Positions 22,401 through 36,449 of a stretch of 64,000 nt of DNA are shown here, piece after piece. Positions within the stretch are counted from its first letter, which is position 1; each line of letters starts with the position of its first letter. The position numbers and the translations under genes are program-made. Below the pieces are notes generated by a model. It was not told the DNA's origin and did not search any database. It was given only the letters and a program-made list of their open reading frames with translations. The DNA is from Raillietiella orientalis (lineage: Eukaryota), in NCBI GenBank assembly GCA_036172245.1, contig JAYWIR010000021.1:2356001-2420000 (forward strand), read 5' to 3'.

Positions 22401-25300
22401 ATCCTCCCGAAGATCTTTTGCATTCTTCACTGGGAGTTTTCTCAATGTACATGTCCGAGTTTTGCTGAGATATGAGTGTTCCATTGGTCTTCTCTTCGTG
22501 TTTTGGAAACGAGTTGTGGTCGTCTCTGTAACAACCTGAAGAAGCAAAGTGGGTTCCGTTTTCCGAAACACCAGCAAGGATTGCGGTTGCTGTTCGAGGG
22601 CAAGATTTGAGTGCAGAATGCTGGTAGAGGTTAGAGGACATTGAGCAAGAGCCTAAGGGTTTTCTTGTAAGGAGGCCTTCGAGTTCGGAAGAGAAGTGAT
22701 TGTGAGTTACTGATGAAATGACTGATGATGCTTTCATGGTGCCTTCACCAAAGTTAGGTCCGGCTTCCGTTGCAGGTGCTGCTCTATTCTCCGGAAGCAA
22801 CTTGTCTCTTTTCTAGACAAGTTGCTTCCAGAGAAGACCACGGAGAGATTAGCCGCAAGCGGCGTGAATCGAAGAGCGCACTCTGGAACGCGAGGTGGTA
22901 CAGGGGATCCCCAATGCAGTTCGGCCTCTGCAGCTGGTGATTGCAAGGATGGACAGCACTTACTGCTTCCGGTGATCTACTGAAAAGGGGGAAAAACCGG
23001 GCGATGGGACTCGCAACCTGCAGCTGAATGAGCCTGCTGCAAAGTTCTATGCAACCAGGTCGGAAGGTTCCAGGAAGTTTTTATCGGGAAAGAAATGCAA
23101 AAGAGAGAAGCTGAAGATCCATCCACTCGTCCATCTGGCTGGTTGGCTCTGTTTGACCGGCTGTTCAGGGGAGAACCAACGAACGGTTCGAAGCAACAGA
23201 GGCAAAGAATGCAACCCAGGTAAACGAAAAACTTGGATGAAGGCAGAGACGCTTCGCTCCACCGAATCGTGAATTGTCCACGCCTTGCCAGAGCTCCAAG
23301 AGTTGATTGCATTGGAGGCTCGGAAGCGGTCATGCTCCTCCGTGAACCGGGAGACCTGCGGATTGTATCTCAGTTTTCAACCCTCTGAACTTCCCTCATG
23401 GTCAGTGACACATCGTAGACGCTGCGAGACTATTCCTCTTCCTCTTTCCATATTTGCGAGTACATTCTTCGCAGTACATACGGTACAAAGGACCTCCAAT
23501 TGCCAAGACAAAGAGTGGTTCTTTTAGTGTGGCACAACAAGGTGTTCCTCCAGGATAAGAATCTCGAAAACTGAAAAGGAATCAAGTTCCAGCCTCCCTT
23601 CCCGGTTTCCAAGCGACGGCAGCTCCTGGACGTCCATGTAATCTTTTCCCCGCGACCAACGTGGAAGAACGAGAATAAGGGGCGATGGACTCCGCCATTT
23701 CTTGAGGAACCAAACGAATGCTTCACGAGGGAACCACCCGTGGGCTTCATCTTTAGTGGGTGATGCAGTCAAGGATTTGGTGGCCTGCAGGGGAGAGGGC
23801 TCGCGCATCTCTGCCCCCCCCCCCTCCCTGGACTGGCTGTTTCTCGCAGGTAGCTCTCGGGGGTTGGCTGCGGTGAGCAAAGCAAGATGGCCACAGCTGG
23901 GTTTCAGGAGAGTCCAGAACCAGCTGAGCGGATAGCCCGTGAGGGAGGTCAGCGCCCTGGAAAAGAGCCCCATGACAGCCGGACGGCCGCATTTCATCGG
24001 TCCTTCTTCGCAGTCTTCAGTTGCGCGACTCCAAAGGGCTGGAAAAGTCTCTGCGGTCGCGTAAGAGCGTGACGAAGAGGGCGCTTTGTTGTGATGCCCC
24101 AGAGGAGGAACGAGGAGGACGAATAAGGTACGGATTCAGAGCATGGGTGGATGCAGTGCAAAAAGACGGGAAAGCGACTTTCCCCTTTTATCTTCCCTGC
24201 TGATCTCCTACGAAACACATGGTGTCAGGCCCTTTTCCTGGACTTAGTGAAAGCACCCCCAACCCTATCCCGGAAGATAACTGTAGCCACTCCCAGGAAC
24301 GGGGCAACGGCGGGAGGGAACAGGCGGGAGCGAGGAGTCTTGAGGAATGGGACATTCCGAGGGCAAAGCGATAGAAACAGGGGAGGAGGAATGTAGACTT
24401 CCCCCGTCTACCCCTTGCCCGCTGCTCCCTGCCTCTCGCTGTCCTCAGGAACAGGGCTCCTCAGGCAGGCTCCCCGGCAACGGCTGAGAATTCCCTACCT
24501 TTCGAAGGAGAAACTCTTCCGCTTCACGAACCGAGAGCAGAGCCAGGGAGGAGGGAGCAGTTCCTGGACTCTTCCTCCCCTCACGTCCCGTTCTCGGAGA
24601 CGGCGGCAGAGCTTTTCCGAGAGCTTTCGTCCTCACATCGATGTTCCCTGTTCCCGAGTTCCCCCATCCTTCTGTCGGGAATCGTAGAAGGAGAGGATGG
24701 GAAGAAGTCTGTCGTGAGGGAAGGGAAGCATTTCCCCCTCTCTTCCCTTCCAACCTCCCCCCCCCCCCCCGATGCTTCCTCCCTCGCTCCCACACGGTTC
24801 CTGTATCCGCCTCTTCCCTTTTATCCTTGGAAATCAAAAGTCCTGAGACAGATTCCCCTCCTTCTCCTCCTTCCCCCTCTCCGCCTGCTTCTTTTTTTCC
24901 TGGTCTGGAGTCTCCCTTTAGCCCACCTCACCCTTCTTCTTCCAGGGAGAGTTCCTGCAAAGAAAACGGGACGCTCCTGTCCCCGCCTCTTGCTTCTCCT
25001 TCGGGACTCGGTTATCCTGCCTCCTTCCCCCTCAGAATGCCGTCTCCCCCTCCATCCTGTTCGGAATTTCCCCTGAAGGGTCGCGCATTCTCTCAGAGAA
25101 TCAGAGGGAAGGGAGAACAGAGGGGACCCGAGGAAGGAGATTCACGAAGGATCTCATGGGATCAGAAAAGCCTTCTCTACTGTTCCTCTGCGATCGTCAG
25201 GACACATCAGCCTGAAGTTTGCCGCGGCCTCTCCTGACCGTTAGCCTGGTGCCGACCTCGCTGAAGGGAACCGTCCCATGTCCTTTCACGACCTGCTTTT
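19480..25300 (-). mobile_element. Long decayed L1/Tx1-like LINE (probable ORF1, endonuclease, RT, zinc finger), possibly with nested pieces
   Basis: Minus-strand FQGQQGIRQC...PSPLF RT motif (ORF 20669..21505), KVYGGELPT linker (ORF 21265..21846), VLCDHC (SDH-like) ~21950, degenerate Zn finger DSLCTLH ~19820. The extent above ~22200 is less certain. Confidence 0.6.
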
Positions 25301-25899
25301 CCGGTCCCACGATCCTCTGAGAGCTGTCGGACTGTCTTTAGGCACACAGTGGACGTATGGCCGTTGCTTTTCCTAGAGAAAGCTCCATGGAGGGTGGAAG
25401 TACCACGCGAGCCACTGAAGGTCACTCCTGGGCTTCCTCATACGCTGTCCCCAGCTCGAAACTTCTTCTCTGAAAGGACGGCGCCCGCCTCCATCTCTAG
25501 CTGCTGGCCCGAGGCACGACGGCCGCTGGGAAAGCAGGGTAGCGAGGCAGATAGGCCCCTGGCAACCAGCAGGTCCCCCTCATTTCCCCTGACGAGAGCC
25601 TCCCGCCCCCGTCGCTCGTCTCCGCTGACCACTGGTCCGGCCGTCGACGCGGTGCAAGACTGCATTCTGAGAACTCAAGTTCCGATCCAAAACCGTTACG
25701 GCTAAGAGAAACCGGCGGCTGCAGCTTTTCCGATCAGTCACCTCGGTGACTCATCCTCAGGTCTCCCGAACCCATACAGCTCGCAGGGTTGCCGCGCGGA
25801 GGTTGCGAAGGCTGTCACCCTCCTGCTGGTCGCTTGCCGAGCGCGCCACTGCGGCGAGAAGACTAAACAACAAACGGAGCAGCAGCAACTCCACAATAA

Positions 25900-28800
25900 G
25901 TTCACATTGAGGTAATCGCTGAGCAACGCACAGTCTGGACACGATCCTCTAGCATCTCCTCGAAGATCCTCACCACTGTGGAGTCTTCTCGGGGAAAGCA
26001 CTCCTGTGGGTCCGGATGTAGAGACGGTGGGGTTCAGGATGTCCCTATTCTCGTCGGAATGGGCACTCATCCGCAAGAAGTACAAGTCGCATACAACGAG
26101 CGGCCCTATCACCGGCTCTGCGAGGCGCTCGGTCATAGGACCGCGGCGCGTCCTGCGAAGCGGTGCAAGAGGTGCGGTCAAACGGTCACGTGGTGGTGGC
26201 CTGTGCAAGACCAAGACGTTGCTTTTTTGGCCAGCCAGCAGGGCAGATTAGACGCGACCGCCGAGAGCTACCTGGAGCGGATGGAGAGTCAGGGGCTGGC
26301 GGTTTCTTGACAAGGCCTGACACAGCTCCAAACAACAACCGAGCGAGCCTAGAAGCACCGTGGTGGGCAACGCAGAAACGGCGGAGTGACCCGAGACGGC
26401 GACCAACGTACTGCGGCCGCAGGGAGGGATAATTTCCCCATTCATTCGCCTCTTCCTGACGAAACTTCCGACATGTCTGCGGCAACGCGGGCAAAAATCC
26501 ATCACCTGGAATAAGCCCTCTCTGCGCTTCAGGAGAGGAGTCCAGGAAGATCGAGTCCCTCAGCGGACCTTGATCCAATCAAGGTTAATCCGAGAATGAC
26601 CACTCCTGGTTCTCGCGAGTCCCCCCTCCGTCTCGGGAATCTATGAGAGTCCAGGATCAGTCGTATAGACTTTCTGGAACGCAAGCGAAAGGACTAGCGA
26701 ACGGTGAGTGACGATCCCAAGCTTAACATCCAAGGCGACTGGAGGCAAGTGCCTAGAAGATTGCACTCGTAACGACGACTCTGACCAATACGGCCTACCG
26801 GAGCACAATGGGGGTAGACAGGCTTAAACCATCTCCTAGAAAAATAAGAAGCAGCCAGTGAAGGAAACCGCCAAAACCATCACAACCCTACACTGCATGG
26901 CCCAGTTCACTCCATGGGGGAAGAAGATCAGGACAGTATCTTGGAACATCAACGGATGCACCAACCAGACGAAGAGGGAGACACTGATGTGACTCCTGAA
27001 ACAAGTACCCATCAGTTGTCTTCAGGATCATGGAACGACTGTGAACGCTGAGAAGGGGAACAGCCACGATACTAAAGTGCAGCTCTTCAAGAAACAGAGC
27101 AGGAACAACGGAAAGGTCCATCCTGGTGAAGAGCAACTTCTCATGACTATGCTGGAGTTCTTCCAGTAGTGGGAAGGTCGCGTCCCGGGCCTGAGGAAGG
27201 CGTGGTCCGGAAGCGTTCACTGTTGATGGTGAACCATACGAGAAGGAAGACTCCATCTTGTTCTCTTTGAAGACCCTCCCCAAGAGAAATCTGCCACGAA
27301 GGGTGTCGTGGTCTTCGTTGGGGACCTGAATATTGAAAAAGGTGCCGGTTTTGGGACTTCAAAGAGCTAAGGATTGTCGGCGCATGGTGGGAGAACTCGG
27401 CCTTTCCTGGCTTGGTGCAACGCACATAGACGATAGGCCACGCCCTCTACTCGAAGAACGCCAGCATCAGTTTCCAGAGGCCCCTGCTCGTTGCTCTGGG
27501 AACGCCATCTGTTAAGGTTCCGCGTAACGTCACGAATACCAGACGGTGCATCATCAACATCCTTGAAAGACTTCGAAGACTAAGGTTGTCCGAAGCATGA
27601 TGGACAAACATGCAGTACGGCGATAGGAAGCTCCGACAGGAAGGTGCACCAAGAACGTCTTTTCCATTCTGAGAAGGACTGAGAAGTAGACTGAGAAGAG
27701 TGCCACAAATGATCCCTAGACCGAAGTCTCAAGAAACACATCAGGATGATAAAAAATATGGATCTCAAAACGGATATCTTCCGCATCCAAAACCAGCAAC
27801 GGGAATCTTGGACCTCGGAACAAGTGATGGAGGCATTCCAACATCATTACGCCGCTTCCGTTCGTCAAGAGACCACTCGACAAGGAAGCAGAATCTTCGG
27901 ACGTTTCGCCAAGCATACGGAAGCGAGACCTCGAACAGAACTTCACGGACGAAGAGATCGAGGCAGCTTCCCCGAAACTACACAAGGAAGTATTAACGGG
28001 AACCGACAACGTGTCTATGTACCCCCTATAAGCAGTACTTGCCCGTCCACCGTGTCTGTTCCACCAGCTGCTGACTCCAAGAGACAGGAAAATTATTCTC
28101 TTTCTTTCACCAGAGCGAGGTGCGGTTTCTCTTGATAAGCATTAGCCTGATACGTCAATCACGCAGTGGAGACTTCACTCTGAATTCTGCTGAAAATTGG
28201 AATTGGACAGCTAGCATCTGGGAGAATCAATTAAAGGGATGCATCGGATCGGCGACATATGCGCGAACGTGCGCCGATTCCCTGAAAAGCACATATGGGA
28301 AAATATCACATGTGCCCAAGTTCCTCCTAGGATACAGTCTGGACCCTTGGCAACAACCTGGTCCTGAGTCTTACCTGTACTGTAAGGGTACTTACTGCAC
28401 ACAATGATGACGGTGATGTCGGGAGTCCTGAGAGAAACGGGCTTCCAAGGGGAATTTACAGCGTACGTGACAGTCACCCTGGAAGAAGCAAAGTTCAATC
28501 AACTATATGACCACAGCCTATATCAAAATGGAGGAAGGAGTTCTCCAGGGAAATGTCTTGATACCGATGGTCTTCGTCCTTTACGTGGAGGCAGTGGTAT
28601 CCTATGTCACAAAGCATAGTTTGCTGAAGAGTCCTCCTGGAAGCGGGGATGGATTACCCACTTAGCATACGCCGCCAATTTTATTCTCGTAATATCCGAT
28701 GAGGAAGATCAGGAGGATGGAATCAGGATCCATCTCAGAAGTCATGGAACATGGAAGGTCAATAGTAAAGGTCACCGCTGTGAAATCTAAACTACCTCAG

Positions 28801-30050
28801 CCTTTGGGATTCCGGACGCCACTATTCCGGAAAACCATGACACGAAGTACCTGCGCAAGTGACCTGGTGATGAAAAGGCGTCGTCGGCATCCCAATGTGA
28901 GGGAACTGTCCACAGGATCAGGAAAGAGCCCCGAGAGTAAGGAGGAGGAACTTTCCTCTGAAACGAAGTGCTCGCACAAGAACGACTCCTAGCTCCCCGC
29001 AGTTTTCCACCACGTCCCGGAGGAGGTAGCCAAACACCTGTTTAATACCCACGGAACGCTTTGTGAAGGGGAGGAGGAAAGTCAAATGTTGAGTTGGATT
29101 TCTCATGTAGTCCGAAAGAGGAAGGTAGGACCGGGAGGCCTGAAACCACATATACCACCGATCTTCCCATCTACTGAGGTATCTGGAATGAATGGTCGCG
29201 CGCGTTCCATCGAGAGTACACAAGACGGGTTGCCGGGACAGACGAATTGATGTCAGTCCTGCTTATGAAACCAGAAAAGCGAAGAGAAAACGACCCGACC
29301 TGGCCGAGGAAGCATCTCGTCTGCAGCCCAGGTTCACGAGTTGTCCCAAGGAGCAGAGGAATCGGAAACGACAATCTGACAATAGTTGTACCGCTTTCCC
29401 TAATCGCCTAATGGAGCGCTTAAAAAGGACTCCGCAGAAGACCAAACGTCACCATCGAAGACCGAACAGGACAAGATCAGACTTTACCAGAAAATGGCGA
29501 AGTTGCAATTGGCCAATCTACAGATCCAGATAACTCTGTAACTTCCAGAATTTGCAATGAACCAAGTTGAACCTCGAAGAGCGCACAAAACAGAAAAACA
29601 CTCCGCAAAAGGCAAAGAAAAATACATGTCGTGGTTTGGACAAAATGCCTTGAACCTCCTCTACCGTCGTGTGAAGGTACAACCTGCCTCTAGAGATCCA
29701 AGAGAGCCTTTTTATGCCATGAAAGGATCCTGCACGGCTCGCACTTTCAGCACTGGGTCCTCATTGGCGGACCGTGCGCTGCATGAGGGTAAAAAGACTA
29801 TGCTGTTCACTTATCCACCGCTACACCTGCGAAACCCTTGTACAAGACTAGAAAACGATGAAGTGGGAGACTGAACTCGAAGTCCTGAGCAAGATGGAAG
29901 TCTTCTGGGGACTCCTCAAAGGTCAAGGGAGCGTCCCCAGACACAACGCCATGACTTAATGAAGAAAGAAATCAGCATTGGAAGGTACGGTGGAGTTCCA
30001 GCATGGACTACACTCCGCAGGACACGCAAGAAGTCAACAAGCACTAAAGT
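25900..30050 (+). mobile_element. Near full-length decayed LINE (zinc-knuckle ORF1, APE endonuclease, RT)
   Basis: ORF1 knuckles LCEALGH..., CKRCGQ (ORF 25978..26310); endonuclease TVSWNINGC...ISCLQD (~26930-27030) and VFVGDLN (~27320); RT EGVLQGNVLIPMVFVLYVE (~28535) and THLAYAAN (~28668). Frameshifts and stops throughout. Confidence 0.8.
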
Positions 30051-30499
30051 GAAAGACACAAAAGTGCAGCAGTCTACTGGGTTCCTGAGGAGCACTGGGA
30101 AACAAGAGCGATGCCGATCTGAGGGACTCACCAGAAAACTCCTCTTGTGCTCGCGTGTTTTTTTTGCTCGAAGTCCTCGAAGCAAATTTGCCTCACTGCT
30201 AGTTGAACTGGAGAAAACACCGAGAGCAACGAACGGCGAGGACAACAACGGTAATCGAAGCGGCAATAGCAGCACCAACACCAGCAATGGGAACAGAAAC
30301 AGAGTGTAGTTCCTGCAAGGGACAGTGGTAATTGGTGTTTCTATGATCCCGCCCCTCGATCTCCAGTGTACTCGACAGTTACCGTGCCTCTCCATGTGGA
30401 GAATTCGGACACGAACCGAGTGTCTTCCGCTTCTCTATGGAGGCGTGCCAGTCGCAGACGGAAGGGAAGCTGACTGTCACGCCACGGAGACGGCGGTGG

Positions 30500-31300
30500 C
30501 GACAGCGTCGTATGCGCAGGAAGCAGCAGAAGGACCCACACCTTGCAAACAGTTCAGAGCATTGAAGCCCGCTTGTCATTGAAGATCAAAGACATTGATG
30601 AACACATCTTGAAAGTGGACTCGGAAGTCAGGTTACTCATTTTCAGGGTGTGGTCAGAGAGAGTAACAGTCGCATTGCATGAAAAGAATGTGGGCTTCAA
30701 GGGCATACAGACTATCGCGCCGTATAGCAGAGACTGTGAGTAGCTGGCGGCAGCCTTGAGTGAAGATGGCGCAAATCTCGACAGGCCCAGCACCCGCGAA
30801 ATAGGGGAAAAAACGACCACGACAGTGTCCTTGTCAGGAGTCCGTTTCCAAACCGAGCCTTCGTCCAATGAGGAAAAGTGAAATGTGTCCAGTTTAGAAG
30901 CCTGAAGGTCAGGTTCTTCTCCTGGAAGGAAATCGTGAAGATGATACTTTGCGAGAACGCGGTCATTCCGGGAGCTACCGATGCTGGTGTGCATCTCCAG
31001 GAAGTGACGACGAGATACATACGGAAGGCCGCATTCTTCACTTGCTGTGAGCCGTTCGGCCATCTGGTAGCTGCTTGCCCTAGAGCGAAACGCTACAAAT
31101 CTGGTCAGGAGAGCCACCCGCAGTGTGAGTACACCCAGCCGAAGAAGGGATACTTCTGCAATCTGGCCGGTTCTTAAGCGAAGAGTTGACAGCAGTACAC
31201 GCAGTGTCCTTAACTACAGCGAAGCACGAAAACCGTAAAAGGCGCCCACTGGGACGGCGCAGACGCGACCCAACAGCAACAGAGAACTTCACACCACAGA
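30500..31300 (+). mobile_element. LINE ORF1 (gag-like) fragment with degenerate CCHC knuckles
   Basis: TCCEPFGHLVAACPRAKRYKSGQESH in ORF 30878..31177. Confidence 0.6.
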
Positions 31301-32754
31301 AGCCCACCGAGGTGGTGGGATAGCAGAAGAACAAAAGCAAGGAGGAAATCAACACGTCGTACAGAACGCACTTCAGTCTCCGCAAGTGTGGAAACGATGC
31401 ACATGCAATCTCACGGGTGGGAAACATACGGAACAGGGGTGCCATAATACAGTCGGAAGGATCCTGTGCCGAGAGAACAGTCCGCTCACTGAGCACACAA
31501 AGGAACTCAACCAGCTCAATGCGTCATCACCGTCTGCAGGAACCGATCGACAAGCTTTGCCAGTGCCATCGATTCAAACGAAGCACGGGCCAGGATGGGC
31601 GCAAATCCTTCGCAGTTTGCTGCATTCATTACGGGAAGAGAAACACCAGTAAGTGCTCCACGGCGCCAGTCGACGGATGGATGCTTGCATGTCCATTCTT
31701 TCAGCGGAAAAGAAGTTTAGGTCCTCGTCCTGACTAGGGAGCGCCAAGCTCTTCAGTCGCAGGTTAGATCTCGCAAGTCCCCACGAGGCATGCTGCATCA
31801 GACTGACGATCCACGGCACACCCACCACTCTCCGGAGTAAACAAAAAAGAAAGACCGAAAAAAAAACGTGACGGGATGTTACACGCTGCTTCCACTCGGG
31901 AAGCAATAGTTCGCTGTTGCTAAACAGCGCTGCTACCTTCGCCAGCTGCATGGACCACATATTTCTTGGAGAGAACGAGCCACCCACGAGGATTCCAAAC
32001 GGGACAATTCCTTATCCAGAGACAACCAAATGCAACCATGTTCGGCCTGGGAGCTGCCCATGACATGCGAACTTCAAAAAACGCCTCGAGAGAGCTTGCA
32101 GCAGGTCGGAGAAGGCTGCAGAAGAAGCGAGTCGTCGGCGTAGGCCGACACTCCCAGTGTACCACCCCGAGTTTGACGAGCGGGCGGGCTGGGGCATGCC
32201 GGCACGCGTTCATCATCGGCGGTTCGGGGAAAAGGACGGGGGGCGCCATGCGCAACTCCAAGACTGAGAGCTGCCGGAAGTCTCAACCCGAGAGTTCTAT
32301 GGACACAATTCTCGCTGGATCCACTGCCAGCTTGGAGGGGAGCGTAGCAGAAGAGCCCTGCTGTGCTCCTTCTCCAGGTGTTCGGATGTCTCTCTGCGTA
32401 CAAAGCGAAGACCGGTCGGCAGGCCTGGAGCAGGGGCTTCTCTTCTCGACGAGATAGGGATGTCCGACCCCAGCAAGGGTGCGACGTGCAGCAAAGTTCT
32501 GCCACTTCCCGCTCTGCAAGGAGGTCCGCCTCGAGAGCAGACTCTCGCAGCCATCCGTTGCCGGAAAATACTCCTGCAATGGGCGATGGGCAGCACACAC
32601 ACCTCGACGAGCCCTTGGCGACGGAGAGACCTCTTTCTTCCATCGCGGGGCCAAAGAGACTGAAGGCACCAGGAGAGGACAGCGTGATAGCGGAGCTTTT
32701 CCGATGCTTCGTGGTCAAGCTCCTGGTTCCCAGCCCCTCTGCGACGATGAGTTA

Positions 32755-35700
32755 TCACCCGGGCGTGCCGGCGATTTATTTATAAATGAATAAACATTTA
32801 CAGTCTCTGTGGTTGGGACGGTGGTCCAACCACGTGCTTTTCATATCTAACGTGCAGCGTCACCGGTTCGCAGAACAATGAGGTCCACAACGGTAGCAGA
32901 GGAGAGAGCACAGACAAAAAGAAGCAAGAAAGAAAAATAAATAAACTTCGTGGTGGATGGGTGAGGGAAGGGGTCACGTTTCTGAATGCTGCTTTCCAGG
33001 TGGGGCCATCTTGTTACCGTCCGCTTCATGAGGACGGTAACAAGATGGAAGTGGATGGCTCTCTATGACTCTGTGCTCCTCTTGCGTCTCTCCAGGCAGC
33101 TACAATCCCGCGTGGGCAGCACAGGGCTGCTCCTAGCGAGGCTGCCAGCCGAAGGGCATTACGTAGGAGAAGGAAGGATCTTAAAGCCTAGAGTTGCCGA
33201 AGAAGGTTCTTAGGATCACGCTAAAGCATTCGCAGAGGGGCCAGAGGGCAGCACAATTCACAAGCAGGCTGCGGGAGGGATTCACGCTCCTCGCACCCGC
33301 CGCCTCCACACACCCTCAGGTCCAGTGATGTCGGCAGGCGTTGCACGGGAGGACCCAGTGTTGCAGCATCAGCGCCAACTCCTGCCACTTTAAGGAAAGG
33401 GTGCGGGTGCTTATGAGCACCAAGATCCACTTTCTCAAGAATACCCAGTAGCATATCCCAGAGCAAAAGTCCTCGGAGCTGGATCCACGAAGTCGCGGCG
33501 TTCGTAAGCTGGCCCGTCGTCCACTCACCCAGTCCTCTTCTCCTAACGGAGATTTCAACACTAACCCTCCATCTTGCCGCAAGGCCGCTCCTCGTACGTT
33601 CCCTGAGGGAGGACAGAGTTGCGGCTAAGGGAGGCTGTCAATCTTGCCCACGCGCCCTTCAATGGGTGTTTCAGGATCTGCCGGGGAAAGCAGTTGTTAC
33701 AGGAACAGCTGTGCAAACGCTGCTTCTGTTCCGGGCATCGCTCGTTGTGCTGCGTGCTCACGTGCGAACAGCTTCCTGCAAGCAGGTACTACCGTTCGCG
33801 GGATGGCACAAGATCCAGCTGTTCTTCTTAGTCAGAGCAGCCACCCGCCGAAGCTGCAGTCCGCAGTGGAAGCTGTTGCAGCGACGGAGCGCAAAGAAGG
33901 ATGCGAGTCCGGAGCTGTGGGATGGCTTGCTGGACGAGGGCGCATGCAGGCTCTCACCAGGTGGTGCTTCACATCTTCGCCAAGAGTGCAAATCTCTGTG
34001 ACGGTGAGAGAGGCAGGCGCTGCGCCTGCCTCCTTCCGCTTAGCGAATGGTGCGAGTCCTTCCAAAAGACGGAGACTTCCGTTACCGGAACAACTGGTGT
34101 CGGATCACTTCAGCGAAGCCGAACGTCAAGTTTTCCCCAGAGCTGTGGCTCACGCTGCTAGGAAGGGCTGTTGGTAAGTGCGGAGCAGACGTTTGCTGTT
34201 TCCGGACAATCCGCGAATGCGAACGTCTTCTTCGCGCGTACCTGGCTCCAGCTGCACGGTCGTTGCGAACGCCGCGGCCGGCTGCGCGCGAGGGACCAGG
34301 CAGCGGGTAGTAAATGCCGGGGGGACCTTGACGGTTGCTGCGAAGCGTCCGACCGCGTCGGCCAGGAACTCCTCCTGGAGCCGCTGAAACGCCTGTACCT
34401 CCCGGCATACCCTGCTTGTCCACTGGCGCGCTCCTGCTGGCGCGACGCGACTGCATGCATTTGTATCGGCGTCTATCACGCGAACGGCATGTGTTTCCGT
34501 GCTCAGAGGCACCAGGTGGAGCGACGGCTCAAGCCCCATGCTGCTCAGCCCCTACTGCGAGTTGGTGCTGAAGACTTATAAATTCATCTCTTTAATCTGC
34601 TGAGCTCCTTACCTTGTAGGCCTGCCGCGGTAGCTCGCAAGGGCAGCCTGCTCCTGGTGATTACCACGACTGTTCCAATGACGTTTCTTGAGGCGTTCCT
34701 CGAGCTGATCCATCAGAGAGTAGGCGATGATCGTGTCCATCCGAGCGCTGTGATAACAGCGTTCGGACTGGATCCGCTTGAGAATTCTCACGAGCAGGTA
34801 ATTCAAGCCCCTCTCTGACGTACCAGTGGGCGGATTTCACACGGCAGAATCCGACTGGTCCGGCTGTCTTCAAAGAGCGGAGAGGATTCCTGGCCCGTTT
34901 TTTGACAGCAGGTCTTTCCTGGAGGAGAGGACATAGATCTGGAACTCTTTCGTGGTCACCCTCTTCCGAAGCTGCCTTTTTGCATGATCTTCTCCCCAAT
35001 GGACGGACAGACAAAGGACAAAGGACTGACAGATTTCTGAGGACCTTTGGGGGTCTTGAGATCTCAAAGACATCGCCACTCCATAGAGAGATGCCGATTG
35101 GAGGTCTCAACGTTGGAAAGGATGGAGCTGTAGCTCTACTGTCGAAGATCCGGCCTGGTAGGAAGAGGATTGTGAGAGGTGCTTCCCCCGCTCGTCACAT
35201 TCGGCGGTGAACGGCCGGTTGCAAGGGACTGGAGTTCGACCTCATACACAACCGGAAGCAAACCAAGTTCTCAGGGCTATCTCCTGGCAGATGGCCTTCT
35301 ACTGGAATCGGACGAATGAGTTTCTTGCCACCTCCTGAAGTTTCGCTCCTAGAAGCAGGAGTCAGCAACAGGAATCTGAGAGGAATCTGAGAGGGCTCGA
35401 TCAGCACTAGTCCGAAAGGCCTTGTCTTAGCCCACCACCTCGGAAGAATCTCCTTCCAAAGGGCGGCTGAAGAGCTGACGGAGTAGATCACAACACTCTC
35501 CGCACGTTCTACTTCAGTGCCGTCTTTTTCGTGGGGCAATGACGGCAGCTGTTGTCTGGCAAGATGTGAGGCCTCCTGCGAGATTTGCAGGCGGAGTGGG
35601 TGCACCAAAAAGTGCACCCACCCCTGAACGGGTGCACTTTTTGGAAGACGACCACGGGTTACGCGTTCCGTTTAGACAAAAAGGGGAGGGTGTTCCCAGA

Positions 35701-36200
35701 AGAAATACTTGCACCCCCCTCCCCTATGTTCGTGCACTTCTGCGCTACCACTCAGGTGGCAGGACGAAGTGGTGCTCTTGCACTGGAGTGATCCTTTGGA
35801 GAGAACTCCAGCACGATGCCCCGAAGGGAGAAGTAGAAATGTCCCTCCAGAGTGTGCCAGGTAGCAAATGATCACATTTTCCTTGCACCTGCTGACGAAC
35901 CGCGGCGCCCTTCGCTCCATACGGGGAGGCGTTTTGCGGCAGTGCTCATGCGTCTCTGGAAGACCCGGCGGCTGAATCGCCGTGTTCAGCGATCAGAGCG
36001 CTGCGTTGCTTCCGCGGCATCCTGACAGTCTACTACTTGCAAGAGAGGTAGCAGAGGCAACGGGTGGCCACCTGCATTGCTGTCTCCTTCGCCAGGAAAG
36101 AAACACGAAGGTGGCTCCAGATGAGATGAGAAGTCAAGGAGGTGGTCCCCTACCACCCTGAAAAGGTTGTAGAAGTGGGACAGCAGAGCCAATCGTGCTC
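32755..36200 (-). mobile_element. Decayed L1/Tx1-like LINE ORF2 with recognisable 3' end
   Basis: LKTAGPVG (KSPGPDG-like) ~34860, degenerate Zn finger VCGGGGCEERESL (ORF 33221..33466); C-terminus homologous to the 39.2 kb and 41.3 kb copies; 3'-end motif at 32755-32780. Confidence 0.7.
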
Positions 36201-36449
36201 TTCCCCCTTCCTCCAAGAATGCAATTATTTATCCGTTGTTCTGACCTCTCTTTTTGCTCCGAACGATCTTTCGAGTTCACCTGCTCATCAGCAGATTTCC
36301 CTCCTGAACTTTGGATTTCTTTTCTTTTCTTTTTTCTTTCTGTGCTGATTTGTAAGGAACTCTGTTCCTTTTTTCTTGTCTGTTTGTTGTTAGGGTGCAC
36401 GCCCCGGCGTGACGGATCGAAAAACATTTTGAAACCCTGAGGTGTTTTG

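Noticed and set aside
24641..25237. Pro/Ser-rich 198-aa ORF, and similar long ORFs at 20762..21592 and 59682..60431
   Set aside because: These are low-complexity or antisense shadows of GC-rich decayed LINEs; stop-poor frames are expected at this composition.
36240..36300. Hammerhead-like CTGATGA...GAAA on the minus strand
   Set aside because: Stems I, II and III do not pair.
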